From Escherichia coli (GTDB taxonomy: Bacteria; Pseudomonadota; Gammaproteobacteria; Enterobacterales; Enterobacteriaceae), in the NCBI RefSeq assembly GCF_045037415.1, contig NZ_CP173438.1: a stretch of DNA of 64,000 nucleotides; one strand, 5' to 3'. Positions 55,598-64,000 of this stretch are shown piece by piece. A program made the translations under genes and the position numbers. Under the pieces are notes generated by a model that ran no database searches, was not told where the DNA came from, and was given only the letters and a program-made list of their open reading frames with translations. How positions within the stretch are numbered: the stretch's first letter is position 1; each line of letters begins with the position of its first letter.

Positions 55598-56569
55598 TTA
55601 ACGATCGCGTTGAACAGCGATGTGCGCGAGGCCGATAAGTGCTTCTCTCCACGGGGTGTCCGGGAGCACCTGTAACGCTGCGATGGCTTTGTCTGCTTCT
55701 TCCTCGGCACGCTGACGCGTCCATTCAAGAGATCCACAAGCGTTCATTGCTTCCAGAACCGGTTCCAGAAGATGGCGACCGTTACCCTGTTCGATGGCGG
55801 TACGAATCATCTGTGCCTGTTCTGGTGTGCCATGATGCATCGCATGCAGCAGCGGCAGCGTCGGTTTACCTTCGTTCAGATCGTCGCCGACGTTTTTACC
55901 TAACTGTTCGCCATCGGCATTGTAATCGAGTAAATCGTCGATCAACTGGAAAGCAGTGCCGAGATAGCGCCCATAATCTTGTAGGCCTTTCTCCTCCTCC
56001 GGCGTACAGCCAGCCAGAATCCCGGAACACTGCGCGGCAGCCTCAAACAGACGCGCAGTCTTGCTGTAGATAACGCGCATGTAGTTTTCTTCAGTGATGT
56101 CCGGATCGTTAACGTTCATCAGTTGCAGAACTTCACCTTCTGCGATGACGTTTACGGCTTCTGACATGACTTCCAGCACTTTGAGTGAACCGAGGCTGGT
56201 CATCATCTGGAACGCGCGGGTATAAATAAAATCGCCTACCAGCACGCTGGCGGCATTGCCAAATGCGGCGTTGGCGGTAGCTTTACCCCTGCGCATATCT
56301 GATTCATCCACAACGTCGTCGTGTAGCAGAGTCGCCGTGTGGATAAACTCGATCAGGGCAGCAATGGTGACATGCGCATTTCCCTCATAGCCAACAGCTC
56401 GTGCAGCCAGTACAGCAATCATCGGACGAATACGTTTACCGCCGCCGCTGACGATGTAATAGCCTAACTGATTGATCAGTTGGACGTCGGAATTAAGCTG
56501 CTCAAGGATTGCCGCATTAACACCCGCCATATCTTGCGCGGTTAACTCATTGATTTTTTCTAAATTCAT
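55598..56569 (-). CDS. ispB: Octaprenyl diphosphate synthase
   Basis: 323-aa ORF with polyprenyl synthase DDxxD motifs (LLHDDVVDESD; DDLLDY). Confidence 0.95.
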   Translation of the reverse strand: MNLEKINELTAQDMAGVNAAILEQLNSDVQLINQLGYYIVSGGGKRIRPMIAVLAARAVGYEGNAHVTIAALIEFIHTATLLHDDVVDESDMRRGKATANAAFGNAASVLVGDFIYTRAFQMMTSLGSLKVLEVMSEAVNVIAEGEVLQLMNVNDPDITEENYMRVIYSKTARLFEAAAQCSGILAGCTPEEEKGLQDYGRYLGTAFQLIDDLLDYNADGEQLGKNVGDDLNEGKPTLPLLHAMHHGTPEQAQMIRTAIEQGNGRHLLEPVLEAMNACGSLEWTRQRAEEEADKAIAALQVLPDTPWREALIGLAHIAVQRDR

Positions 56570-56726
56570 CGCAAAAGCCGGGCTTTTCGCCCCGATTACC
56601 TTACTGTGAACAAAGGCAACTTAGGGTTTATGGTTAGGAATATAGGGTGATTGTACTGAAAAAATGGCACAGATAAACGTTACCGTACAAGTTGTGTTTT
56701 TTTTCTTCGTGTATTGACTGTAGCAC

Positions 56727-56755
56727 TTGTCAAAGGCGTGCGTTTTGCGTAATAT
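56727..56755 (+). promoter_or_regulatory. Candidate sigma-70 promoter of rplU-rpmA
   Basis: -35 TTGTCA (56727..56732), 17-bp spacer, -10 TAATAT (56750..56755); AT-rich UP-like tract upstream; about 70 bp upstream of the rplU ATG. Confidence 0.5.
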
Positions 56756-56791
56756 TCGCGCCCTATTGTGAATATTTATAGCGCACTCTGA

Positions 56792-57417
<626 letters not shown>

Positions 57418-57443
57418 GTTTTTCGCGTCCCGGTAACGGATGA

Positions 57444-57472
57444 AAGCCCCGCAACACGTTGCGGGGCTTTTT
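57444..57472 (+). terminator. Rho-independent terminator of rplU-rpmA
   Basis: agccccgcaac-acg-ttgcggggct followed by ttttt. Confidence 0.85.
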
Positions 57473-57543
57473 ACATTCGATAACCGGTAAAAATGCGCAT
57501 GGTGCGACGTTAATCCGCATATGCGCTTTGCAGGGAATACGGT

Positions 57544-58509
57544 ATGAAGCAGCAGGCAGGCATTGGCATTCTTTTGGCGCTCACCACAGCAATTTGCTGG
57601 GGGGCGTTGCCAATCGCAATGAAGCAGGTGCTGGAGGTGATGGAACCTCCGACAATCGTGTTTTACCGTTTCTTGATGGCGAGTATTGGCCTTGGTGCCA
57701 TTCTTGCGGTGAAGAAGCGGTTGCCGCCATTACGCGTGTTTCGTAAGCCACGCTGGTTGATTTTGTTAGCAGTGGCGACCGCCGGGCTGTTTGGGAACTT
57801 CATCCTGTTCAGCTCATCCTTGCAATACCTGAGTCCGACCGCTTCGCAGGTGATTGGGCAACTCTCGCCAGTTGGCATGATGGTTGCCAGCGTATTTATC
57901 CTGAAAGAGAAAATGCGCAGTACTCAGGTTGTAGGGGCATTGATGCTCCTGAGCGGCCTGGTGATGTTTTTTAACACCAGTCTGGTCGAGATATTTACAA
58001 AGCTCACCGATTACACCTGGGGAGTTATCTTTGGGGTCGGTGCGGCGACGGTTTGGGTGAGTTATGGCGTGGCGCAAAAGGTTTTATTGCGTCGGCTGGC
58101 CTCACCGCAGATCCTGTTTTTGCTGTACACTTTATGTACAATTGCGCTCTTCCCTCTGGCAAATCCTGGAGTGATAGCGCAGCTTAGCCACTGGCAGCTC
58201 GCCTGTTTAATTTTTTGCGGACTGAATACATTGGTAGGATATGGCGCCCTGGCGGAAGCGATGGCTCGCTGGCAGGCAGCGCAGGTGAGCGCGATCATCA
58301 CGCTCACCCCACTGTTTACGCTGTTTTTTTCAGATCTTTTATCACTGGCCTGGCCCGATTTCTTCGCCAGACCGATGTTAAACCTTTTAGGTTATCTCGG
58401 TGCGTTTGTCGTGGTTGCGGGCGCGATGTATTCCGCCATTGGTCATCGTATTTGGGGCGGATTACGTAAGCATACAACGGTGGTATCGCAACCCCGCGCA
58501 GGCGAATGA
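57544..58509 (+). CDS. yhbE: EamA/DMT-family inner-membrane transporter YhbE
   Basis: 321-aa polytopic ORF. Confidence 0.85.
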   Translation: MKQQAGIGILLALTTAICWGALPIAMKQVLEVMEPPTIVFYRFLMASIGLGAILAVKKRLPPLRVFRKPRWLILLAVATAGLFGNFILFSSSLQYLSPTASQVIGQLSPVGMMVASVFILKEKMRSTQVVGALMLLSGLVMFFNTSLVEIFTKLTDYTWGVIFGVGAATVWVSYGVAQKVLLRRLASPQILFLLYTLCTIALFPLANPGVIAQLSHWQLACLIFCGLNTLVGYGALAEAMARWQAAQVSAIITLTPLFTLFFSDLLSLAWPDFFARPMLNLLGYLGAFVVVAGAMYSAIGHRIWGGLRKHTTVVSQPRAGE

Positions 58510-59697
<1,188 letters not shown>

Positions 59698-59702
59698 TCA
59701 GC

Positions 59703-59733
59703 AAAACCCCGGCCATGTGCCGGGGTTTCTCTT
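59703..59733. terminator. Bidirectional terminator between convergent obgE and dacB
   Basis: aaaa-ccccggc-catgt-gccgggg-ttt. Confidence 0.7.
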
Positions 59734-59737
59734 TAGG

Positions 59738-61171
59738 CTAATTATTCTGATAAATATCTTTATACAAACGGCTTTCAAAACGCACTAACGGAATACGGCG
59801 ATTACGCTGATCCGCCGGTTCTACTGCATAGCCAGAAAGATATTGCACAAACGCCATTCGTTGCCCGCTCGCTGTGGTAATGAATCCCGCCAGGTTATAT
59901 ACCCCCTGCAACGAACCGGTTTTCGCTGAGACTTTTCCATCCACGCCCGCCTGATGCAGACCTGCACGGTACTGCAAAGAGCCGTCATAGCCCGCCAGCG
60001 GCAGCATGGAGATAAAGTTAAGTTCATTGTCGTGTTGGGCAATATATTGCAGCACCTGCATCATGGTGGCGGGGGCAATCAGGTTATGCCGCGAAAGCCC
60101 TGAACCATCGGCAATAATGGTGTTTCCGATATCGACACCGGCTTGCTGGCGCAGGATCTGACGCACGGCGTCCGATCCGGCCCGCCATGTTCCAGGCACA
60201 TTGAAGCGCGCATGGCCGATCATGCGGAAAACCGTATCGGCAATCATGTTGTCCGACTTTTTCAGCATAATCTTAAGCAGATCGTGCAGCGGGGCCGACT
60301 GTTTACTGGCAACTACCGTTCCAGGTTCGTTAACCTGAGTCTGGCGCAGCAGTGTTCCGCTCCAGGCGATACCCGCCTGTTTTAACTCATCTTTCAGAAT
60401 TGCCCCGGCATAGCTGGCACCATCCTGCACGGCAAAAGCCAACGGGAGCGGCTCAGAACGTTGTGGCAGGCATCCCGTTAGCGTAAAGCGGTTCAGGTCA
60501 CCTGGTACGACATCCAGTTCGCAGTATTGCGCTTCGGCAGAACCACGGGGGAGGGTGCGTACCTGGCTGAACATCGTAACGGGGTAATAAGATGCCACGC
60601 GTATAAAAGCCATATCACCAGGTTTTGGGGCACTGTAGAGCGAGACGGAGAAACAGTTGCGGTCAACTATGGCGGCGGCAGGCGGTGCGCTAAAGCATTG
60701 TGTCATGTCATTCCATGGCCAGCCGGGGGCTTTATCGTGGCTGGCGAAAATGGAGGTATCTATCAACACATTGCCATCGATTTGGTTGACGCCAGATTTT
60801 TTCAAAGTCGTGACCATATTGCGAATATCCTGACGTTTTAACGTCGGATCGGCACCAAATCGCGCAACTAAGTCACCCTTAAGTACGCCGTTTTCCACAT
60901 TGCCTTTGGTTTCAAGCGTCGTGGTAAAACGAAAATCGGGGCCGAGTTGAATCAACGCCGCCAGCGCAGTAATCACTTTCTGCGTACTGGCGGGTAGCGC
61001 CATCTGCTGACTGTGGTAATCAATAGCGGGGGCCGACGCGCCGACTTTTTGCACCATCAGGGCAAGGTTGGCACCTGCGGGGAGTTGAGTAATGTACTCA
61101 TCAACATTTGCGGCCTGAACACTGAACGCTATACAGCTGGTCAATCCGATGATAAATCTGGAAAATCGCAT
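59738..61171 (-). CDS. dacB: D-alanyl-D-alanine carboxypeptidase/endopeptidase PBP4
   Basis: 477-aa ORF with signal peptide and SxxK active-site motif (STQK). Confidence 0.93.
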   Translation of the reverse strand: MRFSRFIIGLTSCIAFSVQAANVDEYITQLPAGANLALMVQKVGASAPAIDYHSQQMALPASTQKVITALAALIQLGPDFRFTTTLETKGNVENGVLKGDLVARFGADPTLKRQDIRNMVTTLKKSGVNQIDGNVLIDTSIFASHDKAPGWPWNDMTQCFSAPPAAAIVDRNCFSVSLYSAPKPGDMAFIRVASYYPVTMFSQVRTLPRGSAEAQYCELDVVPGDLNRFTLTGCLPQRSEPLPLAFAVQDGASYAGAILKDELKQAGIAWSGTLLRQTQVNEPGTVVASKQSAPLHDLLKIMLKKSDNMIADTVFRMIGHARFNVPGTWRAGSDAVRQILRQQAGVDIGNTIIADGSGLSRHNLIAPATMMQVLQYIAQHDNELNFISMLPLAGYDGSLQYRAGLHQAGVDGKVSAKTGSLQGVYNLAGFITTASGQRMAFVQYLSGYAVEPADQRNRRIPLVRFESRLYKDIYQNN

Positions 61172-61236
61172 AATCTCGCGCTAACAACCTGGAATCGAGC
61201 CGTCATACTACGGCGCAACGCCCTATAAAGTAAACG

Positions 61237-61325
61237 ATGACCCTTCGGGAACTCCAGGGTAAAATGACTATCAAAATGTGAATTGTAGCTGACCTGGGAC
61301 TTGTACCCGGGTCGGTATTTTTTTG
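61237..61325 (+). ncRNA. graL: greA P1 promoter plus leader terminator (GraL short leader RNA)
   Basis: -35 ATGACC (61237..61242), 17-bp spacer, -10 TAAAAT (61260..61265); leader hairpin gacctggg..cccgggtc followed by a T7 run (61291..61324), about 95 bp upstream of the greA ATG. Confidence 0.4.
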
Positions 61326-61418
61326 CTTCTGGTCCCGGTGAGGAGTTATGCCGGGCAGGCCGAACAGCCGGGGTGGGTGAAGACTTGCCCCATCAGGAAT
61401 ATTCAAGAGGTATAACAA

Positions 61419-61895
<477 letters not shown>

Positions 61896-61938
61896 GAATT
61901 ACCCAATACTCAAGATGTTGATGTATTGTAAAGAAAGG

Positions 61939-61964
61939 AAAAAGGCCGCTATGCGGCCTTTTAT
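61939..61964. terminator. Bidirectional terminator between convergent greA and yhbY
   Basis: aaaaa-ggccgc-tat-gcggcc-ttttat. Confidence 0.75.
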
Positions 61965-62050
61965 CAACGAACAGAGCGTGGCATTTTGCTCTCCTGCCTG
62001 CGGAAAACCCCTCGTTTTACACAGCGAATGTGTGTAACTTTAGGATAATC

Positions 62051-62344
62051 TTAGCGTGGCAGCGAGATTTTACGTTCTTTAGTTGGGCGATAAAGCACCA
62101 GCGTTTTACCGATGACCTGTACATTACAGGCGCCGGTTTCGCGCACGATAGCTTCCACGATCAAGGTTTTAGTTTCGCGATCTTCGGTGGCGATTTTCAC
62201 CTTGATGAGTTCATGGTGCTCTAACGCTTGTTCAATCTCGGCCAGCACCCCTTCGGTCAAACCATTACTGCCAAGCAGAACAACTGGCTTGAGCGGATGT
62301 GCCAGACCTTTCAGGTGCTGTTTTTGTTTAGTACTCAGATTCAT
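62051..62344 (-). CDS. yhbY: CRS1/YhbY-family RNA-binding protein
   Basis: 97-aa ORF MNLSTKQKQHLKGLAHPLKPVVLLGSNGLTEGV. Confidence 0.9.
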   Translation of the reverse strand: MNLSTKQKQHLKGLAHPLKPVVLLGSNGLTEGVLAEIEQALEHHELIKVKIATEDRETKTLIVEAIVRETGACNVQVIGKTLVLYRPTKERKISLPR

Positions 62345-62469
62345 CGTATTTTTTGCTTACGTTGGGATTGAAAACGGGTCATTCTACCGCCATCTCCCAT
62401 ATATCACCAAATAGGCGCGTAAAAATTTACGCAATTGGTTACGATGAGTTATCCCCATGGGAAAGTTAA

Positions 62470-63099
62470 ATGACAGGTAAGAAGCGTTCTGCCAGCTCCA
62501 GCCGCTGGCTTCAGGAACACTTTAGCGATAAATATGTTCAACAGGCACAGAAAAAGGGGTTACGTTCCCGTGCCTGGTTTAAACTTGATGAAATACAGCA
62601 AAGTGACAAACTCTTTAAACCGGGAATGACGGTTGTCGACCTTGGTGCTGCTCCGGGTGGTTGGTCACAATATGTGGTCACCCAAATTGGCGGCAAAGGC
62701 CGCATCATCGCTTGCGATCTTTTACCTATGGATCCTATCGTTGGTGTGGACTTTCTTCAGGGCGATTTTCGTGATGAACTGGTGATGAAAGCACTGCTGG
62801 AGCGCGTTGGCGACAGCAAAGTCCAGGTTGTCATGTCCGATATGGCACCAAACATGAGCGGAACACCGGCGGTGGATATCCCCCGTGCCATGTATCTGGT
62901 GGAACTGGCGCTAGAAATGTGTCGTGATGTATTAGCGCCAGGTGGCAGTTTTGTAGTGAAGGTGTTCCAGGGCGAAGGTTTCGATGAGTATCTAAGGGAA
63001 ATTCGCTCCCTGTTTACGAAGGTCAAAGTTCGTAAGCCGGACTCTTCTCGTGCACGTTCGCGGGAAGTGTATATTGTAGCGACCGGGCGTAAACCCTAA
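62470..63099 (+). CDS. rlmE: 23S rRNA 2'-O-ribose U2552 methyltransferase (RrmJ/FtsJ)
   Basis: 209-aa ORF with SAM-binding motif [13 protein letters not shown]. Confidence 0.95.
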
Positions 63100-63198
63100 C
63101 CGGGAGATTTCAGACGAAAGTTTGAAAGATGCTGGATATAGAGTATCCTGACGCTGTTTTTAACACAGTTGTAATAAGAGGTTAATCCCTTGAGTGAC

Positions 63199-64000
63199 AT
63201 GGCGAAAAACCTAATACTCTGGCTGGTCATTGCCGTTGTGCTGATGTCAGTATTCCAGAGCTTTGGGCCCAGCGAGTCTAATGGCCGTAAGGTGGATTAC
63301 TCTACCTTCCTACAAGAGGTCAATAACGACCAGGTTCGTGAAGCGCGTATCAACGGACGTGAAATCAACGTTACCAAGAAAGATAGTAACCGTTATACCA
63401 CTTACATTCCGGTTCAGGATCCGAAATTACTGGATAACCTGTTGACCAAGAACGTCAAGGTTGTCGGTGAACCGCCTGAAGAACCAAGCCTGCTGGCTTC
63501 TATCTTCATCTCCTGGTTCCCGATGCTGTTGCTGATTGGTGTCTGGATCTTCTTCATGCGTCAAATGCAGGGCGGCGGTGGCAAAGGTGCCATGTCGTTT
63601 GGTAAGAGCAAAGCGCGCATGCTGACGGAAGATCAGATCAAAACCACCTTTGCTGACGTTGCGGGCTGCGACGAAGCAAAAGAAGAAGTTGCTGAACTGG
63701 TTGAGTATCTGCGTGAGCCGAGCCGCTTCCAGAAACTCGGCGGTAAGATCCCGAAAGGCGTCCTGATGGTAGGTCCTCCGGGTACCGGTAAAACGTTGCT
63801 GGCGAAAGCAATTGCAGGCGAAGCGAAAGTTCCGTTCTTTACTATCTCCGGTTCTGACTTCGTAGAAATGTTCGTCGGTGTGGGTGCATCCCGTGTTCGT
63901 GACATGTTCGAACAGGCGAAGAAAGCGGCACCGTGCATCATCTTTATCGATGAAATCGACGCCGTAGGCCGCCAGCGCGGCGCAGGCTTGGGCGGTGGTC
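63199..64000 (+). CDS. ftsH: ATP-dependent zinc metalloprotease FtsH, N-terminal part (runs off window end)
   Basis: ATG at 63199; translation [31 protein letters not shown]...[23 protein letters not shown]...[18 protein letters not shown] (AAA+ Walker A/B); absent from the ORF track because no stop occurs in the window. Confidence 0.95.

Noticed and set aside
62345-62469. Expected sigma-32 heat-shock promoter of rlmE-ftsH
   Set aside because: A CCCCAT-like -10 and TTGAAA-like -35 are present but at spacings I could not reconcile with the consensus, so no promoter is annotated.
63633-63941. 102-aa minus-strand ORF near the window end
   Set aside because: Antisense to the ftsH AAA+ domain coding region.

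Overview
This 64-kb window reads as a contiguous stretch of Escherichia coli-type core chromosome, equivalent to the K-12 interval mreB to ftsH in reverse-complement orientation; I see no novel system in it. All identifications rest on reading the supplied six-frame translations and the DNA against remembered protein families and K-12 gene order; no database search was run. I call 65 protein-coding genes, all apparently intact and at expected lengths: mreBCD-yhdE-rng, yhdP, tldD, aaeR/aaeXAB, yhcO, yhcN, argR, mdh, degS, degQ, yhcB, zapE, rplM-rpsI, sspAB, nanR, nanATEK-yhcH, gltBD, yhcC, arcB, elbB, mtgA, yrbL, the yrbG-kdsDC-lptCAB-rpoN-hpf-ptsN-rapZ-npr cluster, mlaFEDCB, ibaG-murA, sfsB, ispB, rplU-rpmA, yhbE, obgE, dacB, greA, yhbY and rlmE-ftsH. 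I also call the ArcZ sRNA antisense to the arcB 3' end, a candidate greA leader RNA (GraL), one REP element, several rho-independent terminators and three operator-type sites (ARG boxes, NanR GGTATA repeats, a PhoP box). I found no integrase, transposase, phage, CRISPR or defence/toxin-island signature and no rRNA or tRNA. The most notable observations are two junctions where genes I remember from K-12 are absent (dcuD between sspB and nanR; gltF-yhcADEFG between gltD and yhcH) and a GC-rich palindromic motif present in two copies. Many ORF-track starts were moved to internal ATG/GTG codons that match known N-termini and have Shine-Dalgarno sequences.
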